Positions 8,238-19,415 of a DNA stretch of 64,000 bases are shown one piece after another. Source of the DNA: Candidatus Nitrospinota bacterium M3_3B_026 (GTDB lineage: Bacteria; Nitrospinota_A; UBA7883; JBPRGF01). Every line of letters starts with the position of its first letter. Within the stretch, counting starts at the first letter, position 1. Location: contig JBPRGF010000003.1 of NCBI GenBank assembly GCA_051418015.1, positions 184,875 through 248,874 of the forward strand, in the 5' to 3' direction. Under the pieces are notes generated by a model. It worked only from the letters and a program-made list of their open reading frames with translations. It ran no database searches and was not told where the DNA came from. Made by a program: the position numbers and the translations under genes.

Positions 8238-10210
8238 GCGCCCCGGCGGAAGGCGTGGCGCAGGGCCGCTTCCATGGCGCATGGGCGGCGGCGCGGCTCG
8301 CCGTCATCGCCGCCCTGGGGGCGCTGGTCTATTCGAACATCCTGGACGCGCCCTTCGTCCTGGACGACAACAGGAATATCGCCGACTCGCCCCACGTCCG
8401 GAGCTTCGATTTTCTCACCAGGTGGAGCAGCCTGCATTTCCGCTACGCCGCCAGGATAACCTTCGCCCTCAACTACCAGCTCGGCGGGCTCGACGTCACG
8501 GGCTACCACGTGGTCAACATCGTCATACACATACTGGCCGCCTTCTCGGTCTACTGGCTGGCGGCGCTGCTGCTGAAGACCCCTCTCCTGCGGGCCGGAC
8601 GGGCCGATGGCGGCGGCTGGATGGGATATATTCCGTTCGCCGCCGCGCTGATATTCGTCCTCCATCCCGTTCAGACCCAGGCTGTCACATATATAACCCA
8701 GCGGTACGCGAGCCTCGCGGCGCTCTTTTACGTCCTGTCGGCGGCGCTTTACATAAAGTCGCGCCTCGCGGAAAGGGGGACGGGGCGCGCCCTCGCGTAC
8801 ACGGGCGCCCTCGGCGCGGCCGTCCTGGCGATGCTCAGCAAGGAGAACGCCGTCACCGTCCCGGTCAGCGTCGCCGTCATCGAATGGATGTTTTTCAGAG
8901 GCGCGCCCTGGAGCAGGATAAAACCGCTCCTTCCCTTCCTCGTCCCCATGGCGCTCGCGCCGCTTTCCATCATCGCCTTCGGGATGAGCCCCTTGAAGAT
9001 GGGCGACGCGCCGCATACCAACATGGAATATCTTCTGACACAGTTCGGCGTGATCGTGAGATACCTGCGGCTCTATTTCCTGCCGATGAACCAGAACCTC
9101 GACTACGACTGGCCGGTGACAGGTTCGATCCTTGATCCCGCGGCGTTTCTGAACCTCTTCATTCTGCTTGCGGTTTTCGCCTTTGGCGTTTTTCTGCTGC
9201 TGCGCTCGCGGACGGGCGACGGCAGGCTGAGGCTCGCGGCGTTCGGGATATTCTGGTTTTTCATCACGATTTCCGTGGAGTCGAGCGTGATCGTGATCGA
9301 CGACCTGATATTCGAGCACCGGGCCTACCTGCCGTCGGCGGGGTTTTTCATCGGCGCGGCGGCGCTCGCCTCCCTCGGGGCGGCCCGGCTGACCAGGGCC
9401 TTGCCTCGCGCCCGCGCTGTCCCCGTCCTCGCCGCCGTGGCCGTGGCGGCCGCCCTGGGCGCGGCCACTTACGCGCGAAACGAGGTCTGGAAAGACGATA
9501 TCACCCTGTTCAAGGACACGGTGAGGAAAAGCCCGGACAAAAGCAGGCCCAGGAACCTGCTCGGCGTGGCCTACCTGAACGCGGGCCGCCTGGACGAGGC
9601 GATCGACATGTTCCTGCTGGCCATACGCATGAAGCCGGGGTCGACCCAGCCCCGGATGAACCTGGGGCTGGCCTACATAAAGAAGGGGATGATCGACAGC
9701 GCCATAAAAACCTACAGGGACCTGCTGGCCATCGACCCGGACAACGTCATGGCGCGCAACAACCTGGCGGGCCTCTACGTCAAAAAGGGGTATTACGGCG
9801 ACGCCGAGCGCGAGTTCCGCCGCGCGCTCGCCGTGGACCCGGACGACATGTACGTCCACAACAACCTCGGCGTGCTGTATGAGCGGCAGGGCCTGTGGGA
9901 GCAGGCGGCGCGGGAGTTCGAGCTGGTCGTCGGCGCCAACCCATACGACGGGAAGGCCAGGTACAACCTCGGCACGGCGCGCCTGCGGATGGGCCGCCCG
10001 GCCGAGGCCGCGGAGCAGCTCGAGGCCGCCGCGAGGCTGATCCCGGACGACCCGGACGTCTACAGCAACCTGGGCTACGCCTACGCGGGGATGGGCCGCC
10101 TGGAGGAGGCCGTCCGCGTCCTCCGGAAAGCGCTTGAGCTCGACCCCGGGCACAGGGACGCCAGGGAAAACCTCGACGAGGTCAAAGGCAAGCTCGGCGG
10201 GAGAGGCTGA
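8234..10210 (+). CDS. TMTC-like (DUF1736-type) GT-C protein with a TPR array
   Basis: FVLDD motif, YHVVNIVIH, HPVQTQAVTYITQR, LSKENAV, EHRAYLPS, then about 6 TPRs. Confidence 0.85.
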   Translation: MSAPAEGVAQGRFHGAWAAARLAVIAALGALVYSNILDAPFVLDDNRNIADSPHVRSFDFLTRWSSLHFRYAARITFALNYQLGGLDVTGYHVVNIVIHILAAFSVYWLAALLLKTPLLRAGRADGGGWMGYIPFAAALIFVLHPVQTQAVTYITQRYASLAALFYVLSAALYIKSRLAERGTGRALAYTGALGAAVLAMLSKENAVTVPVSVAVIEWMFFRGAPWSRIKPLLPFLVPMALAPLSIIAFGMSPLKMGDAPHTNMEYLLTQFGVIVRYLRLYFLPMNQNLDYDWPVTGSILDPAAFLNLFILLAVFAFGVFLLLRSRTGDGRLRLAAFGIFWFFITISVESSVIVIDDLIFEHRAYLPSAGFFIGAAALASLGAARLTRALPRARAVPVLAAVAVAAALGAATYARNEVWKDDITLFKDTVRKSPDKSRPRNLLGVAYLNAGRLDEAIDMFLLAIRMKPGSTQPRMNLGLAYIKKGMIDSAIKTYRDLLAIDPDNVMARNNLAGLYVKKGYYGDAEREFRRALAVDPDDMYVHNNLGVLYERQGLWEQAAREFELVVGANPYDGKARYNLGTARLRMGRPAEAAEQLEAAARLIPDDPDVYSNLGYAYAGMGRLEEAVRVLRKALELDPGHRDARENLDEVKGKLGGRG

Positions 10211-10221
10211 CAGCGGCGGGG

Positions 10222-11421
10222 TCAGAGCCTGTTGATCTGTTCTTCTATCAGCTTCGGTATATCCGGGTCGGGCTCGCCGGATTCGCGGTTCAGCGCGAGC
10301 GCCTTTTCGAAAAACTGCATGGCCTCCCTTTTCTTCGCGCCCTCGGCGTATGCCTTGCCCATGTTGAAATGGACCACCGCGTTCGCGGGGTCGACGTCCA
10401 GCGCGGCCATGTAGGCGGCTATGGCTTCCCTCCACTGGCCCTTTTTCCTGTAGCTGATTCCGGCGCTGTTGTACATGTTTATGAACCCAGTCTTGTCGTC
10501 GCCGGAAAGCTTAGGCCTCTTTTTCCTTCTGGCGGTCACGGAGCGCGTTATGTACTCCGTGGCCAGGTCCGCCTCCTCCCGGTCGAGACACGCCTCGGCC
10601 ACCTCCTCCATCCTGCCCGGCTCCAGCGCCAGGGCGCCCTCGAAGGCCTGGCGCGCCTTCTCCTGGTCGCCTTTCTCAAGATAGATACGGCCTATGGTTA
10701 TCTTCCTCTCCGCCATGAGGGGGCTTATCCTGTCCGCCTGGACAAGGGCGCGCAGGGCCTCGCCTCTCTTGCCCTTTTCGAGCAGGAATTGCGCCAACGT
10801 TTTGAGAGCCTTCAGGTAATTCGGGTTCTTCTCCGCCGCCTCCCGGTAGTAGCGTCCCGCCGTCTCATCGTCCCCCAGGTTCCTGTGGGCGCGGCCGAGC
10901 AGGAGCCTCGCCCCGGCGCTGTCCGGCTTCTGGCCCAGAACATCCTCCAGCAGGCTCACGGCGGCGGCGTCTTCGCCATTTTCCATCAGCTTCTCGGCCT
11001 CCTCCATGGTTTTCGCGTAAGAGGGAGGGTCGAAGATGTTCAGTATCTTTTCCTCCAGGTCCGTGGCGGTGAAAGGTTTTATGAGATAGCCGTCGATCCC
11101 TTCCTCCACGGCGCGGGTTATCCGCTCCTCGTTCGTCTCGGCGGTGACCATCAGGACGGGGATTTCGCGCAGGCCGGGGTCGGATTTCATCTTTTTCAGA
11201 ACCTCCAAGCCGGAAAGGCGCGGCATGTTCCAGTCCAGGAGCACTATGCCCACGTAGCCCCTTACCTCCTCTATTATCTCCAGCGCCGTGTCGCCGTCGT
11301 CGGCCTCCTCGATATTCAGAACGCTGACCCCGAGGGTGGTCAGGAAATTCTTTATCATCTTGCGGATGATCACCTGGTCGTCGACGGCGAGGATGATCTT
11401 CTCCTTGAGAAAGGAGGCCAT
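10222..11421 (-). CDS. Response regulator receiver domain fused to TPR repeats
   Basis: CheY-like receiver (AVDD, LLDWNMP, MVTAE, YLIKPF) followed by TPRs; start placed at MASFLK. Confidence 0.85.
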   Translation of the reverse strand: MASFLKEKIILAVDDQVIIRKMIKNFLTTLGVSVLNIEEADDGDTALEIIEEVRGYVGIVLLDWNMPRLSGLEVLKKMKSDPGLREIPVLMVTAETNEERITRAVEEGIDGYLIKPFTATDLEEKILNIFDPPSYAKTMEEAEKLMENGEDAAAVSLLEDVLGQKPDSAGARLLLGRAHRNLGDDETAGRYYREAAEKNPNYLKALKTLAQFLLEKGKRGEALRALVQADRISPLMAERKITIGRIYLEKGDQEKARQAFEGALALEPGRMEEVAEACLDREEADLATEYITRSVTARRKKRPKLSGDDKTGFINMYNSAGISYRKKGQWREAIAAYMAALDVDPANAVVHFNMGKAYAEGAKKREAMQFFEKALALNRESGEPDPDIPKLIEEQINRL

Positions 11422-11837
11422 GGGAGGTCTTCTCTTCCGGCTCAGGGACTTCGTGTAGCGGGATGATTCGGAGATCATGGCTATGCGCGGCGCTCCGGCA
11501 AACTGTTCATTCGCCTCGGTTTCTCGACTCTTGGGACAGTCTAACACAGGGGGAAAGTAATAACATTAAATACCGGCGGCCGGATCCCGGGCAGGATGGA
11601 AACGTGGATATTCGCACAACTTGCCCGATCTCCCCCATCCCCGCCGTTGTGAACAGAGCCCGCGCCCTGGGTTTCCATGGGTCACGTCAAGCCGCGGTTC
11701 AGGGCCGCGCGGCGCCGGAAGCTGGTATTTGCGCAAAGGTCTCCATCTCAAAAAATTCTCTCCAGCAAAAAGCGGACTGGCTTTAGAATGTAGCCGGAGC
11801 AGCCTTTTTTTCCGGCTTGTTTGGGGACCCAGAGAAA

Positions 11838-13361
11838 ATGTCTTTGCGCGTGAAGTTCACCCTCCTGACGTTCGCCGCCGCCACGATCGCCTTCACACCC
11901 GCCGTCTATATGCTCCACGGCGCCTCCGGCGGGGCGGCCATGGACGAGGCCCGCAGCTGGCTGACGGACGCCTCGGCCTCCCTTGAAACGCTCATCGAGG
12001 AGCGGTTCAGGAGAATACGCGAAAACCTCGCCCACGCCGCCACGGGGCTCACCGCGAAAAACGCCGCCAGGGAGTTCGAGGAGGCCGCCTACGCCCTGGC
12101 CCCGTCCCTCGAAAAGGCGATGCGGACGCTGCGGGAGGACTACGTCCACAAAAACCCCCACCCGGAAAACGCCCGCGCCCTGCTGGCCAGGGGGCCGGAC
12201 GACACCCTCTACGACAGGATCCACAAGGCGCGCCACCCGCGTTTTTACCTGTACCTGAAAAAAGAGGGGCTGGAGGACATCCTCCTGATCGAGCCGGAAA
12301 AGGGTTTCGTGGTCTACTCGGCGCGCAAGGACGAAATCTTCGGCCGCTCCGTATTCAGCGGCGAGCTGAAAGACAGCCACCTCGGGCAGGCCGCCGCGCA
12401 AGTCTTCAGGGGAGAGGCCGGGGGCGGTTTTCACGGTTTTTCACCTTACGGCAACGGCGGCGCGCTGTCGGCCTTCATCGCGTCAGCGGTGACAGAGGAA
12501 GGGGCGGTCCTCGGTGTCATGGCGGCGAGGCTCAAGGCGCGGGCCGTCCTGGGGGACATTTTGCGAAGCGGCCTGTGGCCCCGCGGCGGCCTCTCCGCCG
12601 TGGTGGTGGATGATCGGGGCGAGAGGCTGGCCGCCTCGGACGGCGGCGGGCCGCCATTGCCGCAAGATACGGAGCCCGGGTCTGCTTTCGGGCCCGGCCT
12701 GCTCGATGGGGCGGATGGAAAAGAGTGGCTGGCCGTATACACCCCCTTGGAGATAGATGGTCTGGAGCTTTCCCTCGCCGCTGGCGCCCCGGCGCCCGCT
12801 GGGGCGAGCCTTTCCTCCGCGGCCGGCAGAAGCGCGCTCATGGCCGCGGCTCCGGCGGCCCTCGCCGCGGCTGTCCTCTACATCGTCCTGTCCCGTCTCG
12901 TCACCTTCCGGCTTGAGAGAATGGGGGAAGCGCTCCGGGCGATGGCCGCCGCCGGGGCCGACCTGGCCTCCATCCCCCCCCTTGGCGATGACGGCGGGGA
13001 CGAGATAGGGCGAGCCGCCGCGCTGTACAACGACGCCCTGCGAAGCGTGGCGGACAGAGTCCTGGAGCTCGAGTCCCGGGCGAGGTCGCTGGCCAGGTAC
13101 ATAGAAAAACTGCAAACCCAGCCCCCGGCCCCCGGCGAGGAGAACGAGGAGCAGAGGGAAAAACTGCTGACACTCTACGCCAGCGAGGCCGAAAGGCTGG
13201 CGGAGACCATCCGGCGGCAGCGAAGGGAGATGGAAAAACTTAAAAGCGAGCTGGCCGTGATGAAAAAGGACGCGGAGGAGAAAAGAGGGGAGAACAGGGA
13301 AAAAGAAACGCCGGAAAAAGACGCGCCGCCTCCTTCACAGGGGAAGCTGCCGGGGTTCTAA
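11838..13361 (+). CDS. Chemoreceptor-like membrane protein (Cache-type sensor, TM2, HAMP-like segment, short coiled coil) with no recognisable output domain
   Basis: TM1; periplasmic DYVHKNPHP...IHKARHPRF...DILLIEPEKGFVVYS resembles MCP dCache sensors; TM2; DEIGRAAALYN HAMP motif; charged coiled-coil tail. Confidence 0.7.
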   Translation: MSLRVKFTLLTFAAATIAFTPAVYMLHGASGGAAMDEARSWLTDASASLETLIEERFRRIRENLAHAATGLTAKNAAREFEEAAYALAPSLEKAMRTLREDYVHKNPHPENARALLARGPDDTLYDRIHKARHPRFYLYLKKEGLEDILLIEPEKGFVVYSARKDEIFGRSVFSGELKDSHLGQAAAQVFRGEAGGGFHGFSPYGNGGALSAFIASAVTEEGAVLGVMAARLKARAVLGDILRSGLWPRGGLSAVVVDDRGERLAASDGGGPPLPQDTEPGSAFGPGLLDGADGKEWLAVYTPLEIDGLELSLAAGAPAPAGASLSSAAGRSALMAAAPAALAAAVLYIVLSRLVTFRLERMGEALRAMAAAGADLASIPPLGDDGGDEIGRAAALYNDALRSVADRVLELESRARSLARYIEKLQTQPPAPGEENEEQREKLLTLYASEAERLAETIRRQRREMEKLKSELAVMKKDAEEKRGENREKETPEKDAPPPSQGKLPGF

Positions 13362-14164
13362 AGGGAGGAGGCCAGCCCGCGAAGCCCTCCGGATATGCTC
13401 CGCAGCCTTTGCGCCGTCTCCGCTGGAAAGGCCGTGGAAAGCTCCTCCAGCGCCGAGGACCGGTCCATAAGCTCGCCCCTCGCCCTGTCGCGGCGCATGG
13501 CCTCCACCTGTCCCCGCACCCGGGCTATGGCGCCGCTGTTCTCGGTTATCATGCTCTCGTTCAGGCCGACCCCTTCCCTCAGAGCGCCCATCTCCCCCTC
13601 GAGCGCGCCCGCCGCCGAGAGCGCCTCGTTCACGCCGACGGTGTTCTTTTCTATATAAGTGTTCATGATAAGAGCGATCAGCATCGCCGCGCTGGCCACG
13701 CCAAGAGCGAGGAAAGATAGGATGGCCTGCCCGCGCCACGCCCTCGCGGGTTTGCCGGAGACCGCGGCGGGGGGCGGCTTTTCGGGCGGGGGCGCGCTCG
13801 AGGGCGCGGGTTCTTGCTCCGCTTCGGCGGTCTGCTCCGCGTCTTTCGCGGTCCTCCTTTCTGGTTCCTCCCCCTTCTCCTCCCCGGCGGGCCTGGAAAA
13901 AGGTATCACGTCGGCGGGGCTCTCCTCCGGCCGCTTTTCGGCCTGCTGAGGCTGGACGAGGGATATCCTGGGCGCCTGTCCCTCCTCCCCCGCGTCCCCG
14001 GGCCCGCTGGTGGTCAGGAAATCCAGGACGTCATCGAAATCCGACTGGGAGATGAAGGAGATCGGGCTTTTCACGGGGGCGCCGCGCTCCCCGAGGATTC
14101 TCATGAGCTCTTTTGTCTCGATGTTAAGCTTTCTCGCGGCCTCGTACACCCTTATTCCGCTCAA
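13358..14164 (-). CDS. IF-2 N-terminal (IF2N) domain protein with a TM helix and coiled coil
   Basis: IRVYEAARKLNIETKELMRILGERGAPVKSPIS matches the IF2N pattern; Pro/Glu-rich linker; one TM; heptad-rich C-terminus; no GTPase domain. Confidence 0.75.
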   Translation of the reverse strand: MSGIRVYEAARKLNIETKELMRILGERGAPVKSPISFISQSDFDDVLDFLTTSGPGDAGEEGQAPRISLVQPQQAEKRPEESPADVIPFSRPAGEEKGEEPERRTAKDAEQTAEAEQEPAPSSAPPPEKPPPAAVSGKPARAWRGQAILSFLALGVASAAMLIALIMNTYIEKNTVGVNEALSAAGALEGEMGALREGVGLNESMITENSGAIARVRGQVEAMRRDRARGELMDRSSALEELSTAFPAETAQRLRSISGGLRGLASSL

Positions 14165-14369
14165 TGCTCCGCCCCTGGAAAGTGAAAAGAACTGTCCACA
14201 GCCGGATAATACCTCATGCCCGGCTCCCGCGCAAGACGCCGCGCCGGCGGAAAGTCTCGCGCCGGAAAAAACTCCGGCGGGAATCCACCGCGCCCGGGGT
14301 TATCCATCAGGGGCGCAAAACGGTTATAATTACCGTTCAACCTTTGGAGACCGGACGATTCGCCGCCCG

Positions 14370-14837
14370 ATGAAGACAAAAATTCGAAAAGAAGACCTCG
14401 CCGTCATGTACGGGCACGCGGAGGCGGAGTATCCCGACGAGTGCTGCGGCGTCATCATAGGCGACCCCGAAGACCCCGGCGCCAACGAGGTCCGCCCCGG
14501 CAAAAACATCCAGGCCCAGCTCAAGGAAAAATACCCGGATGTCTACAGCCGCGGCGCGGACACGGGCTACTTTCTGGACCCGCGGGACCTGAAGGCCGCC
14601 TTCGAGGAGGCGGCGAAGAGGGGGCTTCAGGTCATAGGCTTTTACCACTCCCATCCCGAGCACGAGGCCTACTGGTCCGAGGAGGACAACCGCGCCGCCA
14701 TGTGGGAAGGCTCGGACGAGCCTTTCTATCCGGACGCGGTCCACGTCGTCATCTCCATCTTCGACGGCAAGGCGAAGGGCGCCGCCGCGTTCGCCTGGGA
14801 CAATGAGGAGAAGAGGTTCACACGGCATGACCTTTGA
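14370..14837 (+). CDS. JAMM/MPN+ (Mov34, M67) metallopeptidase, Mec-like
   Basis: YPDECCG and GFYHSHPEHEAYWSEED form the E...HxH-x7-S-x2-D JAMM motif. Confidence 0.88.
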   Translation: MKTKIRKEDLAVMYGHAEAEYPDECCGVIIGDPEDPGANEVRPGKNIQAQLKEKYPDVYSRGADTGYFLDPRDLKAAFEEAAKRGLQVIGFYHSHPEHEAYWSEEDNRAAMWEGSDEPFYPDAVHVVISIFDGKAKGAAAFAWDNEEKRFTRHDL

Positions 14838-14894
14838 GAAGGGCCGGGGGAGAGCGCCGCGCCCTGCGGGGCGAAAAGGCTTCGGGCCGCGGCG

Positions 14895-15692
14895 ATGACC
14901 GGCGCGGAAGTCGTCAAGGTCGAGAACCTGACCGTCCGGTTCGGCGGGGAGGTGGCGCTTTCCGGCGTGACGTTTTCCATAAAAGCGGGCAGCTTCACCG
15001 GCCTGATCGGCCCCAACGGCGCCGGGAAGACAACGCTGCTGAAGGCGCTTCTGGGGCTTGTGAAGCCGGACGAGGGGAGGATACTGGTCTTCGGCCATCC
15101 GCCGGGCAAGTCCCACAACCTCATCGGCTACGTGCCGCAGTCCTCCAGGATAGAAAAAGACCTTCCCGTCACCGTTCTGGACGTGGCGCTGATGGGGCGG
15201 AACAGCCTTTTGGGCGTCGGCAGGCGTCCCGGGAGGGAGGACGTGGAGGCGGCTCGGAAAGCCCTTGAGCGGGTGGGGATATCCGATCTCGCCTCCAGGC
15301 GGTTCGGGTCTCTGTCCGGCGGGCAGGCGCAAAAGGCGCTGATCGCCAGGGCGCTTTCCGGCGGGCCGAGCCTTCTGTTGCTGGACGAGCCGACCACCGG
15401 CGTGGACGCGCCCGCCCAGGAGAGCTTCTACGCCATGCTCCACGACATGATCTCCAGCCTGAACATGACCATCGTCCTGGTCAGCCACGACATCGGCGTG
15501 GTGGCAAGCCACGTCTCCGGCATCATCTGCATAAACAGGAAAATCTTCTGCCACGGCCCGCCGGCGAAGGTGGCGGGCGAAGGAGTCATAGAAAAGCTCT
15601 ACGGCGCCGGGGCGGAGATCGTCATGCACCATCACGGCGCCTCCCGAAGGACGCCCGGGCGCGGGGAGGAGCGGGGAGGGCGCGATGGTTGA
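14895..15692 (+). CDS. Metal (Zn/Mn) ABC transporter ATP-binding protein, ZnuC-like
   Basis: GPNGAGKTT, IGYVPQ, LSGGQ, LLLDEPTTGVD, VSHD, His-rich tail. Confidence 0.9.
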   Translation: MTGAEVVKVENLTVRFGGEVALSGVTFSIKAGSFTGLIGPNGAGKTTLLKALLGLVKPDEGRILVFGHPPGKSHNLIGYVPQSSRIEKDLPVTVLDVALMGRNSLLGVGRRPGREDVEAARKALERVGISDLASRRFGSLSGGQAQKALIARALSGGPSLLLLDEPTTGVDAPAQESFYAMLHDMISSLNMTIVLVSHDIGVVASHVSGIICINRKIFCHGPPAKVAGEGVIEKLYGAGAEIVMHHHGASRRTPGRGEERGGRDG

Positions 15693-16482
15693 GATGCTCT
15701 CCCACGGGTTCATGCTCCGGGCCGTCGCGGCGGGGCTTGTCATGGGCGCGCCGCTGGCTGTCCTGTCGGTCATAGTCGTCTCCAAGAGGCTCTCCTTCAT
15801 GGGAGTGGGGATATCCCACTCCGCCTTCGGCGGGCTTGCCCTGGGGGCCTTTTTCGGGGCGCCTCTTTCGCTTTCCGCCCTGGTCTTCGCGAGCCTGGTG
15901 GCTCTTCTCGTGGGGTGGCTGAGCAGAAGGGGGGGGGTACACGAGGACGTGAGCGTGGGGATAGTCTTCGCCGCGTCGATGGCCGTGGGGGTCGTGGCCC
16001 TGGGGCTGATGGAAGGCTACAACATCGACCTCTTCTCCTACCTTTTCGGCTCCATCCTCGCCGTCTTCTGGGGGGATCTCATCCTGGCCTCGGCGGTGTT
16101 CGCCGTGGTCGTCGGCCTGGTCTTTCTGCTGTTCAAGGAGTTCATGGCCTACTGCTTCGACGAGGAGTGGGCCCGCGTCAGCGGCGTGAACGTGGACAGG
16201 CTGGAGGACCTGCTGCTGGTCATGATAGCGGTGACGGTGGTGGTGTCCATAAAGCTTCTGGGGGTGGTGCTGGTCTCGGCGCTGCTTGTCATCCCCGGCG
16301 CGGCCTCTTTCGTCCTGGCGGGAAGCTACAGGACGCAATACGCCTGGTCGGTGGGGTTGGCCCTTGTCAGCGTGCTGGCGGGGCTTTATCTTTCATACAG
16401 GTTCGACATCGCCTCCGGCGCCACGATAGTCCTCTCCGCCACGGCGCTTTTCGTTCTCGCCACCCTCGCGCGGAAAGCTTGA
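15685..16482 (+). CDS. Metal (Zn/Mn) ABC transporter permease, ZnuB-like
   Basis: ABC-3 motifs SFMGVGISHSAFGG, YLFGSIL, FDEEWA, GVVLVSALLVIP. Confidence 0.9.
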   Translation: MVEMLSHGFMLRAVAAGLVMGAPLAVLSVIVVSKRLSFMGVGISHSAFGGLALGAFFGAPLSLSALVFASLVALLVGWLSRRGGVHEDVSVGIVFAASMAVGVVALGLMEGYNIDLFSYLFGSILAVFWGDLILASAVFAVVVGLVFLLFKEFMAYCFDEEWARVSGVNVDRLEDLLLVMIAVTVVVSIKLLGVVLVSALLVIPGAASFVLAGSYRTQYAWSVGLALVSVLAGLYLSYRFDIASGATIVLSATALFVLATLARKA

Positions 16483-16507
16483 CGTGGCGGAATCAGGGTT
16501 TTATAAG
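16479..16507 (+). promoter_or_regulatory. Putative sigma-70 promoter of dnaK
   Basis: TTGACG-N17-TATAAG overlapping the permease stop codon, about 75 nt upstream of the dnaK ATG. Confidence 0.55.
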
Positions 16508-16580
16508 GGATATACGCCCCACGGGGCCGCAAGAGAGGATATCGCGCATATGATTGAAATCGCAAGCCGTAGGAGGAGGC

Positions 16581-18500
<1,920 letters not shown>

Positions 18501-18541
18501 CCGCCCGGTTTTAAACGGACTGTTGAAAAACAGTTTTTTAT

Positions 18542-18620
18542 TGTCGCTCTGAGCGCCAGCGAAGCGTCTCGCGTCGAATGAGGCAAAAGAGATTCTTCGG
18601 CTGGCGCCTCAGAATGACAC
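18542..18620. repeat. REP-like inverted repeat pair between convergent dnaK and pyrF
   Basis: tgtcgctctgagcgccagcgaagcgtctc ... gagattcttcggctggcgcctcagaatgacac can fold into a long imperfect hairpin. Confidence 0.75.
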
Positions 18621-18683
18621 CGCCATGCCCGGCGCGGAATTTTTCTCGTTGAGCGGGATCAGAAAATCCTCAGCCTGCCGCTT

Positions 18684-19415
18684 TCAGGCGGCCTCCATCT
18701 CCTCCAGAATCTTCCGGGCCGCGGCGGCCTGGTCGGCGGCTTCCAGTATCGGCCTTCCCACGACAAGAAAATCCGCCCCGTCACGGACCGCCCCGGCGGG
18801 AGTGGCGATCCTTTTCTGATCGCCCGCCGCCGCCCACTCAGGCCTCACGCCCGGGGTGACCGTCAGAAAATCCGGTCCCAGCCGCTCCTTTACCGCTTTC
18901 ACCTCCCTGGCCGAGGCGACCACGCCGTCGAGCCCGGCCCGTTTTGCGAGCGCGGCAAGCTCCAGGACAACCTCCCCCGGCGCGCGGTCGATCCCCAGGC
19001 CGCGCAGGTCTTCCCTGCCCATGCTGGTCAGGACGGTGACGGCGACGACGAGCGGCTTTTTCAGGCCTTCCCGCTCACAATGCCCGGCCACGGATTCCAC
19101 GGTCCTCCGCATCATCTCAAGCCCCCCCATGGCGTGGACGTTGAGCATGTCCACCCCCAGGGCGGCGGCGGCGCGGGCGGCGGCGGCGGCGGTGTTTGGT
19201 ATGTCGTGAAACTTCAAGTCCAGGAAAACTTTCGCTCCGGCGCTCTTCAACTCCTCGACAACCCCCGGCCCGGCGGCGGTGAAAAGCTCGCTGCCCACCT
19301 TGAACCATCCCACCGTCCCCGAAAGTTTTTCCGCTGCGCTGCGCGCCTCGTCCGGCGTGGCGACGTCTAATGCGGCGATCAGGCGGTCCTTCGCGGCCTC
19401 TGCCTTATCACTCAC
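18684..19415 (-). CDS. pyrF: Orotidine-5'-phosphate decarboxylase
   Basis: LIAALD, FLDLKFHDIPNT, VTVLTS, VTPGVRP, DQKR, VVGRPI. Confidence 0.98.
   Translation of the reverse strand: MSDKAEAAKDRLIAALDVATPDEARSAAEKLSGTVGWFKVGSELFTAAGPGVVEELKSAGAKVFLDLKFHDIPNTAAAAARAAAALGVDMLNVHAMGGLEMMRRTVESVAGHCEREGLKKPLVVAVTVLTSMGREDLRGLGIDRAPGEVVLELAALAKRAGLDGVVASAREVKAVKERLGPDFLTVTPGVRPEWAAAGDQKRIATPAGAVRDGADFLVVGRPILEAADQAAAARKILEEMEAA

Noticed and set aside
8060..10435. Long antisense ORFs (this one, and 32690-33892, 51764-53515, 55553-57358, 59151-61085, 62080-63417)
   Set aside because: Each lies opposite a motif-supported gene; high third-position GC suppresses stops in antisense frames.
16483..16580. 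CIRCE element upstream of dnaK
   Set aside because: No TTAGCACTC-N9-GAGTGCTAA-like sequence is present.
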